Positions 51,624-62,432 are shown, counted from the first letter of the stretch. The stretch: DNA of 64,000 nt from Candidatus Campbellbacteria bacterium (GCA_034521025.1 JAXHMZ010000003.1:79726-143725); one strand, 5' to 3'. Notes: a model not told the origin generated them from the letters alone. Numbers and translations: made by a program.

Positions 51624-51703
51624 GATGCTGGTTATATGAGACAGTTCTCGGATATTTCTCTTTTCCCGAAGTTTCTTATGCCTTAATAGTATCAAATAAA
51701 TGT

Positions 51704-51736
51704 AAAAGCCGAGACATATAGAACGTCTCGGCTTTT
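51704..51736 (-). terminator. Intrinsic terminator of cassette 6
   Basis: aaaagccgagac-atatagaac-gtctcggctttt. Confidence 0.75.
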
Positions 51737-51748
51737 GAGAGGCAGTTG

Positions 51749-52036
51749 CTACTCAAACTCAGGAATACCTTCTATTTCGTGATACACACTGAGATCAATG
51801 AATCTCCTCTCTCTTTGGCGTCCGAATGGATCTCTCAGAAAAACAACTTCGTGTACATATCCATTGCCCGGCAAAAGCTCACAAGAAAGTCGGCTTCTGC
51901 CAGTTGTAATCACTTGTATGCGCGAATCAGCATTGCACACAAAGCATCTATCTCTCTCCATCAATGAACTACAGAATAGATTGAAGTCTATTCGTGTCGG
52001 TCTTGAACGAAGATCCGGGTGCGAAGTCGGCATCAT
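51749..52036 (-). CDS. 95-aa ORFan with CxxC (cassette 6, gene 2)
   Basis: GGGGAGGT-cgc-ATGATG; ATGA overlap with the upstream stop. Confidence 0.68.
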   Translation of the reverse strand: MMPTSHPDLRSRPTRIDFNLFCSSLMERDRCFVCNADSRIQVITTGRSRLSCELLPGNGYVHEVVFLRDPFGRQRERRFIDLSVYHEIEGIPEFE

Positions 52037-52608
52037 GCGACCTCCCCTGTATAGGGCGCAAGCGCGTTCTGAAGCTTTTCAGAAAGCAAGTCTTTTGTTT
52101 TAGCCGATACGGATCTGTGTACGCGGTAGAGGAAAAACCCACCTCCAACTTGCCATTCGTCTCCATTGATTTTCTTAACCCTCTGAAGACCAAGTACTTC
52201 GATCGGATGTACCGTTAATTTGTTGCCGGAAACTTCGTTCCAAGCGAGTGCATCAGACAAATTCAAATCTAGGTAAACATCACGCTCTTTAAGCTTTTTG
52301 GTAATCTTACTTACCGCCTTACTACGCTGTCCTTGAATGATGCGCTCAAAATCATCTGGATAGTAAGCTCTTGTAAGTCCAAGACCTTTAAATCCAAATT
52401 TCGCAGTTTTGCTGCGCATCAGATCCTGAAGAGCTCGCTCTTCTTCACGTACGTGTCGATCGACACGATCGAGTCCTATGAACAAAAAAAGTGCAGCGAT
52501 TTTCACACGCGGATCGTATGCAACATCGTCGTGTAGTGTAACAGTATCCTTTTTCGAGAGTTTATAGTCGCATACTGCAATTGCCAACCCGGGAAACTGC
52601 TCTGACAT
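52033..52608 (-). CDS. 191-aa ORFan (cassette 6, gene 1)
   Basis: AGGAGGT-aaggc-ATG. Confidence 0.72.
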   Translation of the reverse strand: MSEQFPGLAIAVCDYKLSKKDTVTLHDDVAYDPRVKIAALFLFIGLDRVDRHVREEERALQDLMRSKTAKFGFKGLGLTRAYYPDDFERIIQGQRSKAVSKITKKLKERDVYLDLNLSDALAWNEVSGNKLTVHPIEVLGLQRVKKINGDEWQVGGGFFLYRVHRSVSAKTKDLLSEKLQNALAPYTGEVA

Positions 52609-52639
52609 GCCTTACCTCCTAATGTACGTTTCTTTCCTG

Positions 52640-52668
52640 AACTTAGCACAACACTAGTTTTTATTCAA
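52640..52668 (-). promoter_or_regulatory. Sigma70-type promoter of cassette 6
   Basis: TTGAAT-17-TAAGTT with extended TG. Confidence 0.55.
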
Positions 52669-52838
52669 GTCAATAATAAGGGTGCCTCTTTCCAAATTTA
52701 CTCTAAAGGTATATTATCAAGTAACAAATTCAAAACAAGTCAATACCTATAAAAGTATTCTTGAACAACTGAAATGTAAATTTTTTCAATCCGATTCGTC
52801 TTAACAATTAAGAATTCATTAAAGCCACCATAATAAAT

Positions 52839-53132
52839 ATGACAAAAATTTCTAGCGCAATAATAAACGGTATCACAGGGATTATATTACTGATCCTATC
52901 CCTGCGTCTGGTTTTACGTCTATTTGGCGCAAACCCAAACGTTGAATTCACTCAATTTACTTATAACGTAAGTGCTTTTTTTCTCGAGCCATTCCAAGGT
53001 ATATTTCCTACGGCCAGCCTAGAGGGTGCAACGTTTGAAATTTCTACCCTATTTGCAATTATTGTTTATGCACTAGTCGGCTCGCTATTAACCGCCATAC
53101 TTGACTCACTCTCAGATAGAAATAAGGCGTAG
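52839..53132 (+). CDS. YggT-family membrane protein
   Basis: LRLVLRLFGANP...Y.VS..FLEPF.GIF pattern. Confidence 0.78.
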   Translation: MTKISSAIINGITGIILLILSLRLVLRLFGANPNVEFTQFTYNVSAFFLEPFQGIFPTASLEGATFEISTLFAIIVYALVGSLLTAILDSLSDRNKA

Positions 53133-53151
53133 GTTCATTCTTGATATTTAA

Positions 53152-54132
53152 CTATTTAATGTATTCCTGATTGATCTTTACCGAAAGATAGCTCAACCCC
53201 AAGAACGCAAAGCCCAAAACAACGAGAGACAAAGGCCAGCCCAAAGAGTTCGCAAAGTATTGCTCTGTTATATAAGCCAGATGCAACAAGAGAAAAATAG
53301 TACTAAAGATCAAAACAATACGACTCTTAATCACGGCTGATAGAAATAGCCCGCCCACAACTAGTGGGAAATACAGCAACTGCCACAAAAAGTAATCATA
53401 TGCCTGCAAGAAGGCAGCTCCCAAGAACATCAAACTGCCAAAGAATAAAAGTAGACCAGTTAAGCGCCTGTTCCAAGTGGCTTGAAATTTTTGCGACAAA
53501 ACCAAATACCCTATCCCGACAGCCATAGACAGATATTGATACGCCCACCTTATCTCATACTCGCTCTCAAAGATATTATCAACTGTAGCGTGGAGCCACA
53601 GATATAAAGTTGAAGTACCATTCAAAATAGCAAAAAAGGTTAATACCGCACTCTTGTGCGCCAGACTTAATAGTCCGTAAGAGATCCCAAGAACAGCAAA
53701 AGCGATAACTCGCAACCATATACTTTCAAGACCTAATTCAGCAAAAGTCGTAAAGATACCGATCGGTATCAAAACGCCTCCAAGAAAATGAAAGGCCGCG
53801 CCAACGTCTTCCCCACGCTCTCTTTTCAAGAGAACTGAACCTAGAGTCCCTAGTAGAAAGCCTAATCCCAAAGTAATCACAACTCTAGCAACGGAACCAA
53901 TATCTTCCCAAATTTGAACCACAAATAAAGCAAGACCTGTTATAACGATCGCCGCTCCTAAAATAGAAGCGATCCTTGTTAGGGAAAACCCTCCATCACT
54001 TCTCCCTTCGGACATCTCTGAGTCCTCCTCTACTTCCGCGCTCTTTGCCATAAGACTCTCTAGTTCGCTACGACTCACCTCACCCGAGTGCAATTTTTCG
54101 GAAAGTTCGTTGAGTAGATCTTCCTTGTACAT
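53152..54132 (-). CDS. Multi-pass membrane protein (DUF2157-like)
   Basis: LGA..V..G..LFV..W..I and YF.NSLGWP patterns; about 10 TM helices. Confidence 0.65.
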   Translation of the reverse strand: MYKEDLLNELSEKLHSGEVSRSELESLMAKSAEVEEDSEMSEGRSDGGFSLTRIASILGAAIVITGLALFVVQIWEDIGSVARVVITLGLGFLLGTLGSVLLKRERGEDVGAAFHFLGGVLIPIGIFTTFAELGLESIWLRVIAFAVLGISYGLLSLAHKSAVLTFFAILNGTSTLYLWLHATVDNIFESEYEIRWAYQYLSMAVGIGYLVLSQKFQATWNRRLTGLLLFFGSLMFLGAAFLQAYDYFLWQLLYFPLVVGGLFLSAVIKSRIVLIFSTIFLLLHLAYITEQYFANSLGWPLSLVVLGFAFLGLSYLSVKINQEYIK

Positions 54133-54155
54133 ATATTTAAAATTCTTAGTTTATA

Positions 54156-54722
54156 CTATTCAGCTAAAATCCAACCCATAAATCGAAATCCGTCACCATA
54201 ATATCCTCTGTAGTTGGCATTAACATTGATGAGGTTTTGTTTTTGCCTCCTCCCTCCTTTCGTCAAATAGTAACCGCTGGAAGAGTTCGAATCATAAAAC
54301 AAAAAGAACGAAACGCCACCGTCATATTCAGGTCCAGAAAAAGAAACACCATCGGGAGCAGTTAATAGACTACTCAGCTCATACGAGCGTGCTTCTTCAA
54401 AGGCGATCTCTCTGCTTTCGTTAGTGCTTGTGTTGTGCATGAAAAAGCGAACCTGAAAGCCTTCTTCATCTTGCGGTTCATCAAGTTCGTTGTCGCTAAT
54501 TCTCTTGTTAACTATTGAAAAGCGTTCATCTAAATATTCATCACAGCTTAAAGTTCCCGGTTCGTGGCGTGTGTTATTTTCACAGGTTGCATATACAAAA
54601 TTATAGTCACTACTCAAAGAAAAATATGGTAAATATGTAGTCAAAAAGATCACCAACACAAGAAGTAAGGGCAACAACAAAGCCAGAACAATAACTGTGT
54701 TTCCTTTAAAAAATTCTTTCAT
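54156..54722 (-). CDS. Hypothetical membrane-anchored protein
   Basis: 188-aa ORF with N-terminal TM and F.FMGWI end. Confidence 0.7.
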   Translation of the reverse strand: MKEFFKGNTVIVLALLLPLLLVLVIFLTTYLPYFSLSSDYNFVYATCENNTRHEPGTLSCDEYLDERFSIVNKRISDNELDEPQDEEGFQVRFFMHNTSTNESREIAFEEARSYELSSLLTAPDGVSFSGPEYDGGVSFFLFYDSNSSSGYYLTKGGRRQKQNLINVNANYRGYYGDGFRFMGWILAE

Positions 54723-54799
54723 ATTAAATATTTACAAGTGTACACAAATAATACTTAGTTTGTGCACATTTGTAAACGCGCAAAACTAGAGCACAGGAG

Positions 54800-55200
54800 G
54801 AATCTCCGCTCTATCTAATAGGCTTCTTTTCAATGTGCGCGAGTCCTCGGCTCAAAGCTTCCGGGCTCGTCATTATCAGGTAAACGCGCCCTTAGAAGCA
54901 TTTACCGCTCTATTTGAATTTGAGTTTTTTAAAGGGTGCGCGATCCAAGACTCGAACTTGGGACCTCGTCATTATCAGGTGATCGCGACCTTAGGAGCAA
55001 TCACCGCTCTATCCAATAGGCTTCTTTTCAATGTGCGCGATCCAAGACTCGAACTTGGGACCTCGTCATTATCAGTGACGCGCTCTAACCATCTGAGCTA
55101 ATCGCGCACATTGAAAAGAAACAATACATCTGAGCTAATCGCGCACTCTTTAAAAAACTTTCCTGCGACTGAGTAAATCGCGCGCAAAAAATGAAAAGCA
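54800..55200 (-). repeat. Nested array of partial tRNA-Ile copies around the intact tRNA
   Basis: 3'-half copies at 54937-54978 (exact) and 54836-54879 (degenerate); 5' copies at 55127-55145 and ~55169-55184; flanking inverted repeats. Confidence 0.8.
55034..55107 (-). tRNA. tRNA-Ile (GAT)
   Basis: GCGCGATTAGCTCAGATGGTTAGAGCGCGTCACTGATAATGACGAGGTCCCAAGTTCGAGTCTTGGATCGCGCA folds into a cloverleaf; CCA not encoded. Confidence 0.95.
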
Positions 55201-55259
55201 TTTAATAAATTGCACCGAATACAAGTAAAAATATATCAGTTTTCAGCCCTAAAAACAAG

Positions 55260-55292
55260 AAAGCCCCGAAGCTAATTAAAGCTTGGGGCTCT
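55260..55292 (-). terminator. Intrinsic terminator of cassette 7
   Basis: agccccgaagct-aattaa-agcttggggct stem, T-rich on the minus strand. Confidence 0.65.
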
Positions 55293-55303
55293 TTGAAAAG
55301 GAA

Positions 55304-55432
55304 CTAGATGATTCCAACAGCTACGAACACAGCGACAGACAGTGCCGCGACTGCGACAAGAGACATCAAAAAGGCCTTCTTGTTCTTGTCTTCCCTGTTC
55401 ATTTGTTCTTCTAATTCGAACTTTTCTTTCAT
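55304..55432 (-). CDS. 42-aa tail-anchored membrane peptide (cassette 7, gene 2)
   Basis: Manual translation MKEKFELEEQMNREDKNKKAFLMSLVAVAALSVAVFVAVGII; AAGGAGGT-aaata-ATG; TAATG overlap. Confidence 0.7.
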   Translation of the reverse strand: MKEKFELEEQMNREDKNKKAFLMSLVAVAALSVAVFVAVGII

Positions 55433-55671
55433 TATTTACCTCCTTCAAGGTAGAAGTGAAGAGACAGTACAAGCATAACGATTACCAAGAATGTCCAGGT
55501 AAAGAGTACGCTTGTAATCGCCGCAAGAAGTGTTTTGTTAAGTACGACGAAATCAGACAGATCGCCGGACAAAAACACAACCACACCGATAAGAATCTCG
55601 AACAGTAGGATAAGCACTGGAATCATTTTCAAGGTGTCCGAAAAACTTCCGGGATTTTTGCTGTAGCCCAT
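55432..55671 (-). CDS. 79-aa 2-TM ORFan (cassette 7, gene 1)
   Basis: AAGGAGG-cctatc-ATG; two hydrophobic segments. Confidence 0.7.
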   Translation of the reverse strand: MGYSKNPGSFSDTLKMIPVLILLFEILIGVVVFLSGDLSDFVVLNKTLLAAITSVLFTWTFLVIVMLVLSLHFYLEGGK

Positions 55672-55694
55672 GATAGGCCTCCTTTTCTTTTTTT

Positions 55695-55722
55695 ACTATA
55701 CCAGTAATCCTGCTTTTGTCAA
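55695..55722 (-). promoter_or_regulatory. Sigma70-type promoter of cassette 7
   Basis: TTGACA-16-TATAGT with extended TG. Confidence 0.7.
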
Positions 55723-55744
55723 TACTTAGTACTCATAACCTATA

Positions 55745-55768
55745 AAGCCGCCCCTTGCGAGGCGGCTT
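55745..55768 (-). terminator. Terminator of the stand-alone 16S transcript
   Basis: aagccgcctc-gcaa-ggggcggcttt. Confidence 0.7.
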
Positions 55769-55919
55769 GTTATTTTCTGCACAATTTCTTTTGCTTCATT
55801 CATCTCGGTGTCGCTGTTTCCGAGAATAGCGGAAAGATTTTGGATTGTTCTTTCAAACACACGCGCGATAAACGCACGTATCGACTCGATAAATCTGAAA
55901 ATTCAGATAAATCAAAAAT

Positions 55920-57405
<1,486 letters not shown>

Positions 57406-57626
57406 TGCAGGTCGCCCTGCACTTATGAATGAAGCAAAAGAAGCTATGCAGAATCTTTTGCTTTCAACCGCGCAATTATAGAAATATATAGTTGCGCGTT
57501 CCGAATACTTTTCAGTATCCGGTGGACTTGTTTGCTGTGTGATTATTCAATTTTCAAAGTCCTATCATATATTGTATCGCGCAAATCCGCGAAACAAAAG
57601 TCCACCAATTCGTGGACACCCTCAAG

Positions 57627-57654
57627 TATACTGAGATTGAGCTCGAAGTCAAGT
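57627..57654 (-). promoter_or_regulatory. 16S rRNA promoter
   Basis: TTGACT-16-TATACT about 220 nt upstream of the 16S 5' end. Confidence 0.65.
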
Positions 57655-57684
57655 AGGTATATAGAAGATTTTATGAGCATAGGA

Positions 57685-58446
57685 TTATCCCCTTCCCTCC
57701 TTTTGATGTAGTGTTTTAACCACATTCTCAACGACTTCTTTCATTTCTCTAAAATCTTTGTAGTTCCACCATTCTTCACGCTCCTCACCAAACAAAACAT
57801 TGCTTACACTAAACACAATAAGATATGGTTCTTTCACATACGATGTACTATCCTCTACTCTAACTAGATACGTTGTAGTTAAATAAGAAGCATCACCCAC
57901 GCCCGTTTTATATATTGGGTCGCCATTGTCAGTATATCCGAATTCATTAGCTATACATTCTTTATACTCATTTACCGCATAGTCTATTTTATACCAACGA
58001 TCTGAAAGTCCTTCGTATACAACACCACCGCCCAAACCTCCGCTATTATAGATGTCACGACTTAATCTATGGACTCTGACAGTAAAGGCATTGTAAGGTC
58101 TATCTTTTTTATCTCTTTTCAATATCACGCGATGGTAAGAACTGTGGTCGCTGTTTACAGTCTCAAATTCCGCACTTGACGGAATTTGTACATTATAAGA
58201 ATTACCCAATGATACGAGACGGCTTTCATCGCTGACATCAGAGCCGTTGTCAGCAATACTTTCTTCTGAGTTAAAGCAGTAATTCTTCTTGCCGTCGTCA
58301 TCTCCTGCTTCTTCTTTATTAGATTCAGCAACCTCTTTTTCAGCAGAAGGAGTAGGCGGTTTATCGTCATTATGAGATCCCGCAAAAAACGCTAAGGTCC
58401 CAACCACAACAAGAGTAACTAATAAAACCGGCAAAAAATATTTCAT
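57685..58446 (-). CDS. Hypothetical membrane-anchored or secreted protein
   Basis: 253-aa ORF with N-terminal TM; TTGACA-17-TATTTT just before ATG, no SD. Confidence 0.7.
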   Translation of the reverse strand: MKYFLPVLLVTLVVVGTLAFFAGSHNDDKPPTPSAEKEVAESNKEEAGDDDGKKNYCFNSEESIADNGSDVSDESRLVSLGNSYNVQIPSSAEFETVNSDHSSYHRVILKRDKKDRPYNAFTVRVHRLSRDIYNSGGLGGGVVYEGLSDRWYKIDYAVNEYKECIANEFGYTDNGDPIYKTGVGDASYLTTTYLVRVEDSTSYVKEPYLIVFSVSNVLFGEEREEWWNYKDFREMKEVVENVVKTLHQKEGRG

Positions 58447-58588
58447 GAACGAAAAATACCATTATAATAAAGTACTGTCAAGGTAAATCGGGAGCTCTTT
58501 GTTGTTTCCGTGATTCGTTCGATTGCGTCATTCTAAGAGTCTTACCAAAGATCTGATTAATTGATATAGACGTTGAGGTCAAGTAATT

Positions 58589-58612
58589 GAACCCCGGAAT
58601 TTTCCGGGGTTC
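58589..58612 (-). terminator. Hairpin terminator of cassette 8
   Basis: gaaccccggaa-tt-ttccggggttc. Confidence 0.6.
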
Positions 58613-58635
58613 TTGTGAATCTGACTCTTAGCTGT

Positions 58636-58836
58636 CTACAGCCTGCTTTCGGCGATCTGTTCCGGACGTATCTCTTCATTGTTTACAAGCGAAAAACAAA
58701 TACGCCCCACAAATTCACCTCCCAAAACAATTTCAACAGTTACAGCCGCTCCGATTATGTCAACCTCTCCTAGGTAAAATCCTTCAAGCAACGTACGATC
58801 ATTCAATCTGACAGGGGGAGCTTTTTCTAAAAACAT
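58636..58836 (-). CDS. 66-aa ORFan (cassette 8)
   Basis: GAGGAG-tggtt-ATG; TTGACA at 58880-58885 (weak -10); terminator downstream. Confidence 0.55.
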   Translation of the reverse strand: MFLEKAPPVRLNDRTLLEGFYLGEVDIIGAAVTVEIVLGGEFVGRICFSLVNNEEIRPEQIAESRL

Positions 58837-58909
58837 AACCACTCCTCTCTAAGGAGAGATTCTCACCTGCCCATCTATTTGTCAAATCTATAAACGTTTT
58901 GGTTTATTT

Positions 58910-59494
58910 CTAGTTAGAGCCCTGCGAGTCAAATATCTCGCCAAGAGGAGTACCGTTTACAAATATCTCAGCGCTTTCTACAGTAGAAAATTGAAGTACG
59001 GTTTGTCTGATCTGTTCTTCAAAACGAGGATCGTCACAAACTCCACCCACACTTACATCGCCTTCTATATACACAGTAGCGACTCCGTCTTTAACTGACG
59101 CGCTTTCAACGCCCAAATCGGAATTATCAAGCGCATTATAGTATCCTTCATACTCATCTCCTGTAATTGAAAACAATTCGCCCAAAGCTGCTCTTAGCAC
59201 TCCGGCTGTAGGCTCTATGTCACGACTAATTGCGACCATCTCGTCACCACAACCAATTCCTTCGCCTTCAACTGCCGCTTCAACGTCAACCAAAAAGATA
59301 TCTACAGAGTCTGACAAACTCTCATCTTCGTCCTCCGGGTCGTCCGTGTCGTTATCTACCACGCTATCTTCTTGTTCTTCGGAATTGTTAACACCATTTA
59401 CCGGCGTGTCTGTGTCTTGGCTCAAATTAGCTATAACAAACACTAGAAGCGCGATTGCCACTATTCCTATAATGATTGTAATTATTTTATTCAT
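58910..59494 (-). CDS. GerMN-domain protein
   Basis: TM segment, GCGDE, RAAL.ELF and GGVC....F..QI..T..QF.TV..V.I.VNG-like pattern. Confidence 0.8.
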   Translation of the reverse strand: MNKIITIIIGIVAIALLVFVIANLSQDTDTPVNGVNNSEEQEDSVVDNDTDDPEDEDESLSDSVDIFLVDVEAAVEGEGIGCGDEMVAISRDIEPTAGVLRAALGELFSITGDEYEGYYNALDNSDLGVESASVKDGVATVYIEGDVSVGGVCDDPRFEEQIRQTVLQFSTVESAEIFVNGTPLGEIFDSQGSN

Positions 59495-59511
59495 ATTCAA
59501 AGCTATGGTTA

Positions 59512-60423
59512 TTATTTCTGCTTACGATTGTAACGCCATCTTTCGATCGTTATCAATAGCGGACTGGCAAAAAAGATAGAAGAATAGGTCCCGGCTATTA
59601 CACCAACCAAAAGGGTAAGTGCAAAAATTTGTGTGGTTGAGCCGCCAAATACATAAAGGGATAGAAGCGCCAAGCTCGTAGTAAGAGAAGTATTTATCGA
59701 ACGAGTGATCGTCTGGTCTATTGAATGTCCGATCGTTGTTTCAAAGTCTTCCTCGTTATTCTTCTCTTCATTTCGACGCAAGTTTTCCCTAATGCGATCA
59801 AAGACAACGATCGTATCGTTTACCGAGTAACCCAAAATAGTCAAAAGCGCTACCACAAAAAGCGAATCTACTTCGGCGCCAGCCACCACACCAAGTATAG
59901 TAAACACACCGGTCGTGACTGTTATGTCATGAATTAAGGTGGCTATTGTAGCACCTCCGTACATCCAAGACGAAATAGGTTTTGAGACATGCCGGAAGGC
60001 AAAAGCCACGAACAGAACAATAAGCACAACCACTATACTTATCGCAATTATAGATTTTTGCCGTAATTCAGACCCGATAGTCGGACCAACCGAACTTTCT
60101 CTGTCGATAGTAACTCCCTCAATCGATGTAAGAGCGTTCGTAACGCCCGCGTGTATATCCTCGTCCAAGAAAGGCGTGCGAATCACAAATCCACTATCAC
60201 CGAACTCTTGGACCATCGCTCTGTCTTCAGGCAAATTCTCCGAGACAGCCTCCGTTATCGTCTCCTTTTCTACCTCATTACCCTCCACCGATACTTCTAT
60301 TATAGAACCACCTGTAAATTCAACGCTAAATCTCAATCCAAAGATCAAAACGGAAAGCAATGAAAGGACTACCAGTGTAAGGCCAATTCCTAGAAAAATT
60401 TTTCTGTTGCGTGCTATAAACAT
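59512..60423 (-). CDS. secF: Protein translocase subunit SecF
   Basis: VEFTGG, VGPTIG, GYSVNDTIVVFDRIREN and GTYSS motifs. Confidence 0.95.
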   Translation of the reverse strand: MFIARNRKIFLGIGLTLVVLSLLSVLIFGLRFSVEFTGGSIIEVSVEGNEVEKETITEAVSENLPEDRAMVQEFGDSGFVIRTPFLDEDIHAGVTNALTSIEGVTIDRESSVGPTIGSELRQKSIIAISIVVVLIVLFVAFAFRHVSKPISSWMYGGATIATLIHDITVTTGVFTILGVVAGAEVDSLFVVALLTILGYSVNDTIVVFDRIRENLRRNEEKNNEEDFETTIGHSIDQTITRSINTSLTTSLALLSLYVFGGSTTQIFALTLLVGVIAGTYSSIFFASPLLITIERWRYNRKQK

Positions 60424-60424
60424 A

Positions 60425-61846
60425 TTATTTTGAAAATCCTGAAGCGAACATTTTACGTTTAGACTCGCTGTGCTTTTCTGAAGAAACGGCGTAAAGGAAT
60501 GTCTTTGTAACTACCAAGAGCTGAGATCATAGAGACCAGAACACCAATACCGAACACAAGAGCAAACCCCTGTACGATCGAGCTTCCAAAGTAGAAGAGC
60601 ACAACCGCCGAGATCAAAGAAGACAAATTAGCGTCTCGAACTGCCGGCCATGCTCTGTCAAAGCCATCCTGAATCGCACCTAAGCTCCCCTTTCCACTCT
60701 GAAGCTCTTCTTTGATGCGTTCAAAAATGATCACGTTGGCATCCACCGCCATACCCACGGAAAGTATGAAAGCGGCAATTCCGGAAGCGGTTAAAGTTAC
60801 AGGAATGAGTTTGAAAAGCGAAAGCATGACCAATGTATAGAACACAAGAGCAACCGCCGCTACTATCCCGGGTAACCTATACCACACGATCATAAATCCG
60901 AGTATCAGAGCAAACCCTATAATACCCGCGGAAACTCCGTCATCCAGAACCTGTTGGCCGAGAATTGGCCCCACGGAATTAGTAGAAACCAACTCAATCG
61001 GAACCGGAAGCGCTCCAAAACTCAGATCACGCGCGCAACTTTCTCGCTTCTTCGGGAGTAAACTGCCCGGAGATCACCGCCTCGCCGGTTGGTATCTCCT
61101 CTCTTATGACAGGAGTTGAGATAACTTCTCCATCAAGAAATATTGCCAAAACCTCCCCGACGTTATCACGAGTGATCTCAGCGAAAAGATCCCTTCCTTC
61201 ACTATTAAACCTAATGTTAACTATAGGCTCACCGGTTGTCTGGTCGAACTGAACAGAAGCACTTTTGACGTAGCGTCCTGTGAGTTCGGTCTTCTCGTAA
61301 AGATCCTCGGGTGATAATTCAAGCTCGGCTGTGGTTCCGTTTTGGCTTCCTTCAGAGCTCTCGCCTTCAGTTGTCTCTCCCTCGGAGTTACCTTCATTTA
61401 TATTAAGGCCTTCCAGTTGAGACTGATCAATTTCAAGTTCGCTTTCGTCTTTTCTCAACCGAAATTCCAAAACCGGAGTTTCGCCTATCATAGCGATAGC
61501 TTCATTGATATCCGTCACTCCGGGCAAGTTCAACAATGAGCCTGTTCTCACCTCCGGCTAATCCTCCCTTCTCCACTTGTACACGTGGCTCGGAAACACC
61601 AAAAAGATTGACACGACGCTCAATAACGTCGCGCAGTGCCGACATAGAGGCCTCTACTTCTTCCGGAGCTACCTCGGATGTATCCGCGTTATATATAAGT
61701 TGCGTTCCGCCGGATAGATCAAGTCCGTATTTGAAAGCAAATCCCGAAAAGCGAGAATCTTCTTTTTCAGAAAGCACAACAAAGGCCCCCAGGAGTATTC
61801 CGATCAGTACTATCACTACAGATACAATTCTCGCGTTTCTCATCAT
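60425..61846 (-). CDS. secD: Protein translocase subunit SecD, split by several indels
   Basis: GLDLSGG, IERRVN..GVSEP, LPGV, AIFLDG and GMAVDANVIIFERIKEE spread over ORF pieces. Confidence 0.92.
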
Positions 61847-61856
61847 AGCGGCTACA

Positions 61857-62432
61857 TTATACATTTGTTTTATCGTCTGACAAGGTGTCCTTATTATATC
61901 TCCTTAAATATTTTAGAAACTTGTCATGAAAGAGTTCTCTGTACACGTAGGCAAATAGAGCGCCGATTATAAATCCGGCAATTATATCAACAGGCCAGTG
62001 GACTCCAGCAACTACCCGCGCTATTGCTATCAAAACAGCGATGGCGAACAAAAAGCCACCCAATTTTTTGTTGTAGTACAAAGCAGCAATTGCGAGCGCT
62101 CCATAGGTAGCCGCGTGCCCTGACGGAAACGCGTCCGCCCCACCGTGCTCAAATAGAACCGTTATTTCATCAAAAAACAACGGCGGGCGCTCTGTCAGAA
62201 ATAGTCTTTTTAAAACTTGCGTATATACAAAGGCCGCGGTTGCCGGAGCGAAAATAGCGATAAAAGGATAGACAAATTTTCTCCCTTCTATGTACAACAA
62301 ATACAGCAGTACGCCGATCGCAAGCGTTAATCCGGCTCCTTCAGAAAGAAACAGAAAAATAGCGTCAAGGATCTCGCCCTTCCCCGCAAGAGTATTAAGT
62401 AATAAGAATAGTTGTATATTTAGCTCACTCAT
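61857..62432 (-). CDS. PAP2-family phosphatase (undecaprenyl-PP phosphatase-like)
   Basis: K......RP, FPSGH and ARV..GVHWP.D motifs. Confidence 0.88.
   Translation of the reverse strand: MSELNIQLFLLLNTLAGKGEILDAIFLFLSEGAGLTLAIGVLLYLLYIEGRKFVYPFIAIFAPATAAFVYTQVLKRLFLTERPPLFFDEITVLFEHGGADAFPSGHAATYGALAIAALYYNKKLGGFLFAIAVLIAIARVVAGVHWPVDIIAGFIIGALFAYVYRELFHDKFLKYLRRYNKDTLSDDKTNV

Noticed and set aside
54800-55200. CRISPR array
   Set aside because: The repeats are tRNA-derived, unequal and nested; there are no constant repeats with unique spacers and no cas genes.
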